Shown: positions 13,032-26,440, counted from the stretch's first letter. The stretch is 64,000 nucleotides of DNA from Octopus sinensis (GCF_006345805.1 NC_043012.1:57784001-57848000), one strand, 5' to 3'. The notes: generated by a model not told the origin, from the letters alone. Numbers and translations are program-made.

Positions 13032-13590
13032 AATAACCTTTGCATTTGATTTTTTAATGTCTCTACCCCCATACTTTCGTGAGTTGAATTGAGCAAACAC
13101 TATATGAGAGAGGTTTTCTTTAAGTATTAGAAATAGCTTTAAGAAAGTTTTTTTAGCTGCTATTTCTAATGAGTTCAGTATGCGGCAAAGTAATTTATTT
13201 TACTAAGCCCTTTTATATAATGTAATAATTTGAATTCGCCTTCATTGGTCCCTTTGCATACTGAATACTTGGTGAAATTGATTAATTAATTAATTTTACC
13301 CTCAATTGTTGAAATTATATATATATATATATACACACACACTGGTGCCCCAGCACGGCCGCGGCCTTCGGGCTAAAACATTTTAAAGGATTTTAAGGAT
13401 TTATATATATATATATATATAACATAAGGGACATTAGCCATTTGAATGTGGCTAGGGACAGGGCAGGTCGGTGGGGGTGTTACTGATGCATTTAGCCCCA
13501 GGCGATCATCAACGTCACCAGATAGGCTGACACCATCACGGTGTCCTCTATCCTGCAAAGGGAGATCATTCCCCGAAGAAGCGGATGCCA

Positions 13591-13635
13591 CATACGGACC
13601 CAGGTTTCAAGGTATTTGCCTATCGTCAACGCATG
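13591..13635 (-). ncRNA. Type I hammerhead, C3U variant
   Basis: Reverse complement of the 13973-14017 motif. Confidence 0.7.
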
Positions 13636-13972
13636 GCAGGCACCGCTCCTCGAAGAACAACTTCCTGTGCAGGATATTTATATATAGATTTTCACGTAAA
13701 TACATTTACTGATTTCGAAAATCTGTTCGACAGCAATAATAATTCTCTAAACGAGATATAGACAGTAACTGCTCCATAACATAAGGGACATTAGCCATTT
13801 GAATGTGGCTAGGGACAGGGCAGGGCGGTGGGGGTGTTACTGATGCATTTAGCCCCAGGCGATCATCAACGTCACCAGATAGGCTGACACCATCACGGTG
13901 TCCTCTATCCTGCAAAGGGAGATCATTCCCCGATCCTGCACAGGAAGTTGTTCGTCGAGGGGCGGTGCCTGC

Positions 13973-14017
13973 CATGCGTTGACGATAGGCAAATACCTTG
14001 AAACCTGGGTCCGTATG
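13973..14017 (+). ncRNA. Type I hammerhead, C3U variant
   Basis: CAUGCG-UUGACGA-U AGG CAAAUA CCU U-GAAAC CUGG GUC/CGUAUG; 6-bp stem I. Confidence 0.7.
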
Positions 14018-15496
14018 TGGCATCCGCTTCTTCGGGGAATGATCTCCCTTTGCAGGATAGAGGACACCGTGATGGTGTCAGCCTATCTGGTGACGTTGAT
14101 GATCGCCTGGGGCTAAATGCATCAGTAACACCCCCACCGCCCTGCCCTGTCCCTAGCCACATTCAAATTGCTAATGTCCCTTATGTTATGGAGCAGTTAC
14201 TGTCTATATCTCGTTTAGAGAATTATTATTGCTATATATATATATATATATATATATATTCCTATGTAGAGACAATAATTCAAATAAGCAGATAAAGACT
14301 TTGGGTTTAAATGTACAAAGCATATATACATGTATACATGTAAAAGAGAAGGGGGACTTAGAATTTTCAAATGATTATCAATCAGCTACATAAACACACA
14401 CATGCACACACACACATACACGCACACACACATGCACGCACACACACACATACATATATTGATAGACCGAACTTAGATTACATAATATATATACGTTTGT
14501 ATGTGTATGTATGCACTATTGTGTATATATTGTACCATTGGTGTAAGGTATGTAATTGATGAAATATATGCAGCAAGGCGGTGAGAGGATTTAAGAATTA
14601 GTATGTTAAATAGAGTCAGCTTTGAGATTTACTACGTTTAGAACATTCAGCATGCAGATATAATGAAAATGTTGTTTACATAATTTTCTAAATAATACAC
14701 ATCACAATCTATGTATGTATAGTATTAAAAGAAGCATTGTGTGGGCGATTATATATGATAAATGCAGTAATATTTAGATCTTTCAGGAAGAAGTGTAACC
14801 GCCGTCTCCGTCACTACGCAGTGTATGTTTATCTCAATAGATTTTGTAAAAAAGATAAAAGAAATAATTTATTTCTTCAATCATGTTTATTCTTTTTCAA
14901 TCTTCTGTTGCAATGAAAAAAAAATCCCAACAAAATAATAGGAAACAAATATAAAGCGAACAAAAAAATAAACGTTTCTGAGATCCTAAAATCGTTCTAT
15001 GTGAAAGGTAAAAAGAAAAATAATAAATAAAATGGAAAGAAAATGAAATGCAATGATGGCGTCACGTTTTAATCGAATCATTGAATGAAAGAATGATTGA
15101 ATGAAGGAATGAATGAATGAAAGAATAGCTGAATGAATGAATGCATGATTGATAATAGCTGATGCTGGTCTTTCAATATTTGTTTGCTGTTTCGAATTAA
15201 ACCGAAACCAGAGTTTATTTATTAATTTCCCCACCTCCCTCTTACAAGAATGGCGGAAAGGAAAACGCTATAAAATTGATTTCTAACATTGCTACAAGAA
15301 CAACTTTATTTGCTCATAGCGTGCAATCCTTTGATTCAACCTCCGTGTATTACTGATATTTGTATTTTCTTTCTTCTGCTTCCATCTGGAAAAAGAACAA
15401 TAACAACAACAAAACAAAGACGAAATAACTATTGGTGGGATTTGATCTCATAAAGTTAATTGGCATATTTCAATATTGTAGAGAAAGTTTGTGAGG

Positions 15497-16232
15497 TGGA
15501 GGGATGGCTGAATCGTTGCCGCATCGAGCAAAATGCTTAGCGGCATTTCACTCGTCTACGTTCTGAGTTCAAATTCCGCCGAAGTCGACTTTACTTTTTA
15601 TCATTTCGGGGCCGATAAAATAAGTACCGTAAATCCTCGAGTATAATCCGCATTTCCCCCAAAAATTTAAAGGTCAAAATCCCTAGTGCGTACTATATAC
15701 GAAGTTAAAAATGAAAATTATTTTCTAAGCCATGTCCGAGACTCTATTTGCTCTCCAGCAATGTTTATTCAGACGCATTTTGTGATGTCGGGCGCGAAAA
15801 TACCTTAAGCTAAGCCTGAAAGCAATGAAGTCATAAAAGAATCATCCATAACTTGCAGCAAGCAACATTTATTAAACGTTATTACTGTTATTTCTTTATT
15901 TTCTGCAAACAAAATGTACAAAAAAGCCACACGTTTGCATTCTGCCATATATACAATAATAATAAAGGACGTTACCGTACACTGTTTTACAAACCAAGGA
16001 CATTATATAGACCTCCTTGACTCAAGTTAGAGAAGGAGTACTTATTATACACAAGGCTTAGGTTTTTCAGAGGTACAGCCCCCTAAAAATCCCCTGTGTA
16101 TTATACTCAAGAGCGGACTATACGCGAAAATTTACGGTACCAGTTGAGTACTGGAGCCGATGTAATCGACTTACCCCGCCCGCCTCTTCCAAATGTGTTG
16201 GCCTAGTGTCAAAATTTGAAAACAATATTGTA
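15497..16232 (+). mobile_element. SINE family B interrupted by a MITE
   Basis: SINE reads ...AAATAAGTA|MITE|TACCAGTTGAGTACTGG. Confidence 0.75.
15627..16137. mobile_element. Tc1/mariner-pogo-type MITE with TA target duplication
   Basis: TA-CCGTAAATCCTCGAGTATAATCCGC ... GCGGACTATACGCGAAAATTTACGG-TA. Confidence 0.8.
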
Positions 16233-16416
16233 CAGAATGTTTTGAGGCGGCGAGGTTGCTGAATCGTTGCCGTGTCGAGCAAAAAATGCTTAGCAATATT
16301 TCAAATGACGCCAAGGTCAACTTTGCCTTTCATGCTTTCGGGTTCGATAAAACAAACCCCAGTTGAATACTGGAGTGATGTACAGTTCTATATTTAAGAG
16401 ATGAGGAATTATGTAC

Positions 16417-16830
16417 ATTATTTACATTATTTACATTTGAAAGATATTTGTCCTCATCTTGTTTGTTGTTAACCAAGCTTTTCGGCTGATATACCCTCCA
16501 GCCTTCTTCAGGTGTCTTGGGAAATTTCGAAATTGGGTTCTCATTCCTAAGGTACTTTTCGATATTATTATTATTATTATTATTGTTCAGGTCGCTGCTT
16601 GGAATCGGAAACCAAGTTTCCGAGTTCGATTCCATGCAGTGACCTGAACAACAACAACAACAACAACAACAATAATAATAACATCGAAAAATACCTTAGG
16701 AATGGGAACCCATGTTCGAAATTCCCCCAAGACACCTGAAGAAGGCTGGAGGGTATATCAGCCAAAATGTTGGGTTAACAACAAACAAAATGAGGACAAA
16801 TATCCGTCGAATGTAAATAGCGTAAATAAT
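16417..16830. mobile_element. Palindromic Penelope-like terminal repeat pair with decayed hammerheads
   Basis: Inverted arms each contain GACAC-CTGAAGA-AGGCTG..CAGCC-(G/A)AAA; central sub-hairpin at 16583-16649. Confidence 0.75.
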
Positions 16831-17270
16831 GGTGTGATGTAATCCACTCCCTCGCTCCCGCCCTCCCCAAAATTTGAAAGCAGTATTATAGAGAAAAGTC
16901 TCCGTTGTTCTATCAATTATGCCAAACTCCAACTCTTCGTTTAACTCTTATGTAATAAAAGCAGCATTACGTTTTTTCTTCTGGCTTTTGTTGTTTGTTG
17001 CTGTTTGTTGTTGTTGAGCCCTGATCGATCAAATGTTTCTTACCGATACCTAAATGCAGAACAGTTTTACTTAAACGTTAACATGTGCTGTGCCTCTGAC
17101 CATCCTAGCTTTCATTTATCGTGCGCAACATGTCGGGAACTGCTTACTTTCGCTTTCAAGACGGTAGACACTTATCTGATAGAGAGCTTTCGAAGCTCAT
17201 TCATGAAAAGCGAACGAACGCGTAGATTCTCAATTACTACTTCAACAACTGTTTAACAAACAACAGCGGA

Positions 17271-17462
17271 AGTGGAGGCGCAATGGCTCAATGGTTAGGG
17301 CAGCGGACTCACGGTCGTAAGAACGCGGTTTCGATTCCCAGACCAGGCATTTGAATGTTTATTGAGCAAAAAACACCTATGCTCCACGAGGCTCCGGCGG
17401 GGTGGGGGTGAACCCCGTTGTACTGTTTCACCACAACTTTCTCTCACTCTTTCTTCCTACTT
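17271..17462 (+). mobile_element. SINE family C, 5' part
   Basis: GTGGAGGCGCAATGGCTCAATGGTTAGGGCAGCGGACTC tRNA-like head; GGTTTCGATTCCC B-box. Confidence 0.8.
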
Positions 17463-17959
17463 CTACCACAAAGCAGAGGAACCATGGTGTAACCCACTAT
17501 AGTGTGGTAAATTTTCAGACCCTAGTCTAGATTGCGAATGCTCTGTACCCCAGGATGGTTCAGCTCTCCACCCGTTAAAAGCCACCGTTTACGGAATGAG
17601 GATAACAACGTAGCTTTCGCGCCCGTGCAACCGCCAGTCTATCGCGTGTGGTGGGTGGATCTTCACGTTGCCACACGAATTCTTTGTAGATTAGAGTAGG
17701 CTCGAATTAGAGATTATTCTTTGTGGCTAATGGCGTGAGTCCTGATTGGAAGAAGAAGATGAAGAAGAAAAAGACAAAAACAACAACAGCAGAGTCAGGG
17801 GGGGATTTTTGACTATCAAACAGTAACGGAGGGATCAAAAGTTCGTATGCACTCATGCGTACTACATTATGTTTATGACCAAGTCACAAGTAACTATCGG
17901 TAACAGCCTCCAGTTAATTCTGAATAAATTATTTTAGGATCATTTCAGGGTTCCTCTAC

Positions 17960-18023
17960 CTTGACGAATCGCCATAATTCTCGTCGTCGATGCATAGTTT
18001 CTTCAAGATTGTTAAGAATAATT
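17960..18023 (-). CDS. Candidate exon IILNNLEETMHRRRELWRFVK; dynein heavy chain/DNHD1-like (tentative)
   Basis: ttaatcagcattctacttccag|64 nt open|gtagag. Resemblance to a segment preceding the dynein DHC_N2 region is recalled from memory, not computed. Confidence 0.5.
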
Positions 18024-18601
18024 CTGGAAGTAGAATGCTGATTAAGGAGCAACCTTCTGAGACGATAAAGAGTACTCTACGCACTAAGCCATGCACCTCC
18101 ACTTATGAGATAATCTAATATTAAATATCCACAACCAAAATACAGGTGATATGACCATATAGGGAATGTTTTTGAATGTATTCGACCATGGGTCTACTCT
18201 GTAAGGAATGACCTGAGAATAAATAAAAGCAACAAAATAACAATAAAAAGCTGGATGTAACTAAATAAGAAACCATAATTAGTAGCGTGGTGGAAGGCGT
18301 CTTATTTCTGTGCAATCGTTCAGCTGGTAGCTAAATACTTATTCAATCTGGATTATCAATTTTAAGTTTCATAAAATTGTTGCTAAAAAAAGGCCAACGT
18401 AGATTGAAATATAATTTAATTTTTATTATATAATCTGTTAGCAAAATACTTATTGCACAAAGATTATCTATTTTAAGTTTGATATCTTAAGTAAAAACAT
18501 AGCTACTAGAAAAAAAAAAGGCCAATGTAATCTAAAATATAATTAATTTTTATTAAATCATGTTTAACAGAGCAGTGATTGTGAAATACATTTCTGCTTA
18601 C

Positions 18602-18704
18602 GAGATGCGTTTGAGCAACAGAAGAAGATTCGTAAATATGATTACATGAAGGATTTTTATATGAACATGATCTTTCTTGTTCAATAAGCACATGGAACAG
18701 AGAT
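18602..18704 (-). CDS. Candidate exon (two open frames)
   Basis: cttgcttttcacatgatag|103 nt|gtaagc; one frame ends in phase 2, matching the 17960-18023 exon. Confidence 0.35.
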
Positions 18705-18989
18705 CTATCATGTGAAAAGCAAGATGACAGATGTAAAGAGATTGAAACAAAGTTGTTCTACATTTTGTATAGGAAACGTCTAGAGAAAAATGTTCAGATA
18801 TTTATTATAAAAGTATAAATAAATGGGGTTATGTAGCCAGAGAAAAAAAGCAAACAAACAAAAGAACTAACAAAAATTCGTTATAGAATATTCATAGTTT
18901 TAAGAAGAAATACAAAAAGGAAAGTAAAGAAAGTGTTTAGAAAATAAGAGTTTTCAGTTTTCCTGCTGAAATAGAAGTAATCTATATCT

Positions 18990-19680
18990 AATCTATATCG
19001 TTGCTAACATCGACCACGGAAAAATACATCATAATGTTGGAAGACGTCGATGATAAAGTAGAAATAGAATTAGAAGGAGGAGGAAAGGAGAGAAGAAGGA
19101 GGAGGAGAAGGAGGATGAGAAGTGGGAAGATGAAGGAGGAGGAGAAGAAAGAGGAGGAGTAGGAGAAAAGAAAGAAGGTGAAGAAGGAGAGGGAAATGGA
19201 GAAGGTGAAAAAGACGATGAAGAAGAAGACGATGAAGAAGAAAGCGTAGGATATGGTGATGATGATGATGAAGAAGGAGAAGAAAGAGAAGGAAATGGAG
19301 AAGAGGAAGGAGAAGGAGGAGGAGGATGAGAAGATGAAGAAGAAGAAAAAGAAGAAAAGGAAGAAGGTGAAAAAGGAGAAGGAAATGGAGAAGACGACGA
19401 AGAAGAAGAAAAGGAAGAAGAAAAGAAGAAGAAGAAGAAGAAGAGGAAGAAAGCCTAGGATATGATGATGACGGAGGAAGAGGAGAAAGCGTAGAAGAGG
19501 AAGGAACAACAAAAAAAACTTGGAAGAAAATGAGAAAAATGAAGAAGAAAGAGGAGATAAGGAGATGAGAAAAAGACGAAGATGATGAAAAAGAAAAAGA
19601 AACAGCAGAAAACGAAAAAGAAGACGAAGAGGAAGAAACGACACAGAAGAAAAGGAAGAAGAAAACTAAGAATTCGAATG
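18990..19680. repeat. Compound (GAA/GGA/GAT)n purine-rich tract
   Basis: Directly visible low-complexity sequence. Confidence 0.9.
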
Positions 19681-19785
19681 ATAAAACGGAATCAATTCAT
19701 GTCAAAATGGTTCTCTTATTGATATTCTATGACGATCCAGAGAGAAAATTAATTTACATGAATTCAGAAAAAGTAAGCTTACAAG

Positions 19786-19787
<2 letters not shown>

Positions 19788-19884
<97 letters not shown>

Positions 19885-19920
19885 GTTGTTGTTGTTGCTG
19901 TTGTTGCTGTTATTATTATT
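19788..19920. repeat. (TTA)n/(TTG)n microsatellite
   Basis: Directly visible. Confidence 0.95.
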
Positions 19921-19921
19921 C

Positions 19922-20135
19922 AAGCGGCGAGCTGGTAGAATCGTTACCGCTCAGGGCAAAATGCTTAGCCATATTTCGTCCGTCGTTACGTTCTGAGTTC
20001 AAATTCCGCCGAGTTGGACTTTACCTTTCATCTTTTCGGGGTCGATAAAATAAGTACTAGTTATGCACTGGGGTCGATGTAATCGACTATCCCCCTCCTC
20101 CAAATTTCTAGCCTTGTGCCTATAATAGAAAGGAG
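19922..20135 (+). mobile_element. SINE family B
   Basis: GCGGCGAGCTGGTAGAATCG head and standard body. Confidence 0.8.
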
Positions 20136-21862
20136 TATTATGATTATTATTTTGGTTTGGCTCTGGTTTGGTCTTAATTTCTCTTTCTCCCAATGACCAA
20201 CGGTTCATTGTGGGGAATTAGAGACGGAGAATCGCATTCGATATACAAGCGGATTATTGGACATTTTTTGCGGCGTGCTGGTAGAGTCGTTTGCACGTCA
20301 AACAAAATGCTTAACAGTATATCGTCCGTCTTTACATTCTGAGTTCAAATTCCGATGAAGTCGACTTTGCCTTTCAGCTTTTCGGTATCAATGAGATAAG
20401 TACCAGCTGGGCATTTAGGTCGATGTTACCAACTAGCTCCCCCCCCAAAAATTTCGAGGCTTGTGTCTACAATAGAAAGCATATTTAGACCCCCACGTAT
20501 AGACATCAATGAAATCCGAATCCAGTGCTGGATTAACGATTAGGCAAAATAAATAAGTGCTCAGGGCATCAAAAGAAGGTGGGGGCATCACAGAAATGGC
20601 AAATGTTTTACGGTACAAAAGAAATCACTCTAAACTTGCTAAAATAATATGCGAAGTGGTTTATATGATCGTAGATATAATTTTGAAGTGGCAATGGTGC
20701 CATAGAGGGGACCTCATCAAAGACTTTGCAATTAGAAAAAGCAGGGGAAAACTTTTCAAATATGAATAAAGTGAAGATATACAAAAATAAACATTATATT
20801 CCATTTTACTGCTAGTTTTGTTTCATTTTGAAAAATAGAAATTGTTTTATGGTTTATTATTTTTATATTTAAATTACATATGTTGTAGAGAAAGTTTGTG
20901 AGGTGGAGGGATGGCTGAATCGTTGCCGCATCGAGTAAAATGCTTAGCGGGATTTCACTCGTCTCCGTTCTGAGTTCAAAATCCGCCGAAGTCGACTTTA
21001 CTTTCTATCATTTCGGGGCCGATAAAATAAGTGCCGTAAATCCTCGAGTACTTATTTAAATTACATATATATATATGGGGCTTCAAAATCTTTTAAGTAG
21101 TTAGGTTTTGATATCCTGATCGCTTGCTATTCAGCTTTTCCTAGAAGATTCTGGCATCTATTTCAGATACAGAATGCACCAAGGCGTTGTTCATTACAAC
21201 CACATTACGAAATGTCTGCATTTGAGACGCATATGTATGAAAATAATTCCAATGTCCCCATCTCTGTTCGGCAAATATTACATTTAATGCTTCTGCAGTT
21301 CCATTAATTCACAAGGAAGAATGATTCCACGGTCTAACACAAGGTTATGGGTTGAGGGTGAGCGAGAAACAGGAAATCATCGAGTAACCGTCACCATTAT
21401 ATTACTAGGCTAACACTATTCATCCTATCGACACCCGACATTTTACGAGAGGAAAAAAAATAATATCAATCACGGTCTTGATCTCGGTTTCGAGACGAAA
21501 AGAACGCCATTAAAAAATATGAAAGCTTTTTAGCTTTTTAGTTCATATCTCTACCATCTCGGACATTTTTGTAATCTATAGAGAATAATTACTGAATTTT
21601 CCCTTTTTTTTTTTTTCTGACGCAAGGGGCCGAAGTTTGGTAGGGATGAGATGTATTAGTCAATAGAACAGACATATTGTATAAAACTCTCCGGGGAAAT
21701 AAAAAAAAATTAAAAAGCAAAAGTGAAGCCTCGTTCTGAATGCAGCCGCGATAATAGATATGGGATCACCATTTAGTTCCGCTGATTTAGTCATCGCTGC
21801 TATAACTGTATAATGCGTATATATATATATATATATATATATATAGGAGAGAGTGAGTTGTA

Positions 21863-21897
<35 letters not shown>

Positions 21898-22687
21898 ACT
21901 TGATAGATAGATGAGCCAAAATTAAACCCTTAGATGGTCCTTTGATAGGCGAGAAATAGCAACCGAATTTCCCACAGTTCGCAGTCTACTGTCTAAGCTG
22001 TGAGTGATTTTGGATAATGTAGTCTGAACAAGATTTTAATTTACTTGCAAGGTCACGGTCGGAAATACATTGATCAGTGTTAATCCGGAGCAGCAGCAGT
22101 AACAGCAACAACAACAACAGAGCAAATATGAACAACCTACACTGTTAGGGGTCATTTAAGAGTATCTATGTGGTTACTTAACCTAGTAGTAAATTTCCCT
22201 TAAATCTCACCCTATCGTCTTTAAAAGGGTGATATTGGATAATGTTGCCTGAATAAAAATGAGAATGGTTTCCACATTAAGTGTATTGATCATGACTGAC
22301 CTGGGGCTATAATAAAACAAAAATAATAACAAAAATGACCCCACTGGCTACTTCACGGATTGCGACTCTCTATGCAGTCGTTTAATCTAAAAGTAATAGC
22401 AGCTAAATCTCCCTTAGATCAAACTCCTTGGATAATATGATATAGTTTTTCCACTATGCAGAAAAAAAAAAGAGGATGGTCACGGATGGAGACTTTTTAA
22501 AGATAGGTCGATCACAGATTAGCTGGACTAAACCACTACAAGATCAATAACGACAAACTGTGTTCATTGAAATTCGTTGTGCAGTGAAACACCCGATGGA
22601 ATGTTTAGGGTGCCGCTGTGGCGTTCAGCTTGTCTTGATTATCTTAAACCTGGAGAGTTCCGATCTACCCTAAACACAGTTGATTCC

Positions 22688-23119
22688 TCTCAGAGAGAGA
22701 GAGAGGGAGAGAGGGAGAGGAGAGGAGAGAAGAGAGGGAATGAGAGACAGAGAGAGTGAAAGAAAGAGGGTGAGAAAGAGAGAGAGAAAGAGAGAAGGAA
22801 AGAGAAAGAGAAGGCAAGAGAGAGGGAGAAAAAGAGGGCAAGAGAGAGAGAGAAAGAGAAGGAAAGGGAGAGAGAGCAAGAAAGAGAGAAAGAAAGAATG
22901 AAAGAAAGAAAGAAAGAAAGAAAGAGAGGGAAAGAGATAGAGAAGTAAAGACAGAGAGAGAGAGGGGGAAGAGAGAGAGAGAGAGAAATAGAGAGATAGA
23001 GAAAGAAAGAGACAGAGAAACAGAAAGAGAGGGGAAATACAGGGAGAGCGAAATAAAGAGAGGGAAAGAAAGAGAGAGAAAGAAAGAGAGAGAAAGAAAG
23101 AGAGAGGGGGGAAAAGAGG

Positions 23120-23156
<37 letters not shown>
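22688..23156. repeat. (GA)n/(GAAA)n tract
   Basis: Directly visible. Confidence 0.9.
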
Positions 23157-23158
<2 letters not shown>

Positions 23159-23736
23159 GTGCTTTTAAAAATTCGTATTTTGTATTCTTTTAATTGAATA
23201 TTATCAGGATTGTAGCAAAAAATTCTTCAAATGTTTTTTGTGTATTGTGGGAGCGTAACCAATTTATTGCATATATATTTAGACAACGAACTCTTACAGG
23301 GGTCACAAGAGTCATGAGAACCCTAGTTATGAATCACTGTTCGAGATGAAAATGATAATAAAATCGTGTGTGTGCATATCTTTGTTTTTGTCACTCTCAT
23401 ATAGATCACTTGATAATCGGCGTGAGTTTGTTTACTTCCTCGTAGCATAGCAGTTCAGCAAGGACAATCTGATAGAATCAATATCAGATTAAATAAAGAA
23501 GAAAAGAAAAAGAAAAGAAAAACAGAATTGTTCGACTAGAATCCTTCCAGGCGTTGCCCCAGCATGGTCGCAGTCCAGTGACTTAAATAAGCAGAATATA
23601 AAAGAGGAAGGAAACAGCAAAATGCAAATACAAAAACAAACAAACACAAATACAATTTCAAAATAAATGAAAAAATGAATTTAAAATATCCTGTACAAGC
23701 CAAGACAAAAAATGTGACAGAAGAATTGAATACGTT

Positions 23737-24298
23737 TCTACTCTAGGTACCAGGCCCGAAAATTTGGGGGAAGGAGCTAGTCGATTAGATCCACCCCAGT
23801 ACACAACTGGTACTTAATTTATCGATAACGGAAGGGTGAAAGGCAAGGTCGACCTTGGCGGAATTTGAACTCAGAACGTAGCGGCAGACGAAATACCTAT
23901 TTGTTTACTACCCACAAGGGGCCAAACACAGAGGGGACAAACAAGGACAGACACACAGATTAAGTCGATTACATAGACCCCAGTGCGTAACTGGTACTTA
24001 TTTAATCGACCCCGAAAGGATGAAAGGCAAACTCGACCTCGGCGGAATTTGAACTCAGAACATAGCGGCAGACGAAATACCTATTTCTTTACTACCTACA
24101 AGGAGGCTAAACACAGAGAGGACAGACACACGGATTAAGTCGATTACACTGACTCCAGTGCGTAACTTATTTAATCGACACCGATAGGATGAAAGGCAAA
24201 GTCGACCTCGGCGGAATTTGAACTCAGAACGTAACGGCAGACGAAATACCACTAAGCATTTCGCCCGGCGTGCTAACGATTCTGCCAACTCGCCGCCT
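23737..24298 (-). mobile_element. SINE family B trimer
   Basis: Three GGCGGAATTTGAACTCAGAAC units at ~23858, ~24042 and ~24210. Confidence 0.8.
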
Positions 24299-24906
24299 TA
24301 GAAGTGCTGAAAATGGCAGGAAATGGAGATATGAAGGTAAAATTTCTTGAGAAATATTTCCGATCTCATGACTTTGATATACAAAACTATGCGAAACAAA
24401 TATTGAATACGACACCGTCTTTGTTTCGAAAGAAAAAAAAAAGATGGACAAATGTCAGATTAAAAACAATTACTGTTTAATATACCTGATACATTTGTAT
24501 ATTAATACTTTATTATAATGAACAAAATAGATATTTTATTTCCTTCATGCTGAGCTTCATTCTATAGCAAGAATATTAATTACATCATATATTATATTTC
24601 ATATATAAATATATATATTATATATATATATATATTAATATTATATATATATATATATATATAAATATACAACACACACACATCCACACGCACAAACACA
24701 CAAACAACACACACCACATATACACACATACAAACACACACACACATTGTTTTTCATTTACATTTTAGACTTCGAACTTACTTTAGTCGAAAATTGAAGA
24801 AGAGACGGGAGAGAATATATCATTATTTTTGATGTGGTTCTTCTTCTTCTTTTCTTCTTCTTCTTCTTCTTCTTCTTCTTCTTCTCTTCTTCTTCTTCTT
24901 CTTCTT

Positions 24907-24977
<71 letters not shown>

Positions 24978-25031
24978 CATCATTATTGTTATTATTATTA
25001 TTATCATTATTATTATTATTATTATTAGTCC

Positions 25032-25150
25032 CTTTCTGTAGAAGAGCGTAGGCTCGAAGCGCAAAAGACTTTTTCTATTCCTGAGCGTTATACTAATACA
25101 TGTTTATTATCTAAACCACCTATCTTCGTCTTTCTTTTCTTCGTAAACTC
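25032..25150 (+). mobile_element. Short dispersed repeat with hammerhead-like variant motif (second copy 29400-29552)
   Basis: CTTT-CTGTAGA-A GAGC GTAG GCTC-GAAGCGCA-AAAG. Confidence 0.55.
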
Positions 25151-25154
25151 TCCC

Positions 25155-25209
<55 letters not shown>

Positions 25210-25212
<3 letters not shown>

Positions 25213-25367
25213 ATTTGGCTGTGTGGTATGTAGCTTGCTTACCAACCACATGGTCCGGGTTCAGTTCCACTGCGTGGCATCTTGGGCAAGTGTCTTCTGA
25301 TATAGCCCCGGGCCGACCAATGCCTTGTGAGTGGATTTGGTAGACGGAAACTGAAAGAAGCCTGTCG

Positions 25368-25419
<52 letters not shown>

Positions 25420-25647
25420 GTGTGTGTATATGTTTGTGTGTCTGTGTTTGTCCCCCTAGCATTGCTTGACAACCGATGCTGGTGTGTTTACGTCACCGTC
25501 ACTTAGGGGTTCGGCAAAAGGGACTGATAGAATAAGTACTGGGCTTTCAAAGAATAAGTCCCGGGGTCGATTTGCTCGACTAAAGGCGGTGCTCCAGCAT
25601 GGCTGCAATCAAATGACTGAAATAAGTAAAAGAGTAAAGAGTAAGAG
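25210..25647 (+). mobile_element. SINE family A, full length
   Basis: Head, core, internal (TA)/(TG) tract and tail all present. Confidence 0.9.
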
Positions 25648-25836
25648 TATATATATATATGTATATATATATATTATATATATATATAATATACTTATAT
25701 ATATACGGATCCTAAGCGTCAACATCAACTGTGAGCTTCGAACCTAACGGATGACTTCTTCTATAGCATTTACGCAGCGTACCTATTGGTAAAAAAACCT
25801 CAGTGAACTAAACCTTTCATTTTCTGTCTCTCTTCT

Positions 25837-25868
<32 letters not shown>

Positions 25869-26001
25869 TATTATATATTATATATTATATATATTATATA
25901 TATATTATATATATATTATATATATATACATATATCATATATATATATAGTATATATTATACATATATATATATATATACGTATACATATATACTATATA
26001 T

Positions 26002-26046
<45 letters not shown>

Positions 26047-26086
26047 GTATATATATATATATAATATATATATATGTATATATATA

Positions 26087-26151
<65 letters not shown>

Positions 26152-26440
26152 GTATAATGTATTGGAAGGTTTGGAGATGATGTACAGGTATTATATATTA
26201 GAAAAAATGAGGTAATCAGATCGGATGGTTCATATTTATAGATATTTATTTATATATTACATTTTTTACATATATATCATATCATTCAGATCATATCATT
26301 CGGATTAGCGCTTTCTCCCAATCGAGTGGGCTTTTCAAATCAAATCAATTCCTTGTGGGTAATTTGAACATTTTATAGTTTCGTAGTAGTGGTGGGGAGG
26401 AATAAGATGTATACGTATGTATGTGTGTATATATATATCA

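Larger units (their letters stand above)
11181..13318. mobile_element. Hammerhead-bearing ~557-bp repeat: 2.3 tandem units, then ~1.6 inverted units (Penelope/retrozyme-like)
   Basis: Unit starts at 11181, 11738 and 12294; orientation flips at ~12442; flanked by (TA)n on both sides. Confidence 0.85.
13420..14232. mobile_element. Hammerhead-bearing ~357-bp repeat, tandem plus inverted
   Basis: Units at 13420 and 13777; inversion at ~13933; inverted copy runs to ~14232. Confidence 0.8.

Noticed and set aside
11181-14232. CRISPR array or prophage interpretation of the regular repeats
   Set aside because: Units are hundreds of bp with no unique spacers and no cas genes; the context is eukaryotic.
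17271-17345. tRNA gene
   Set aside because: tRNA-like A and B boxes continue into a SINE C body; no complete cloverleaf.
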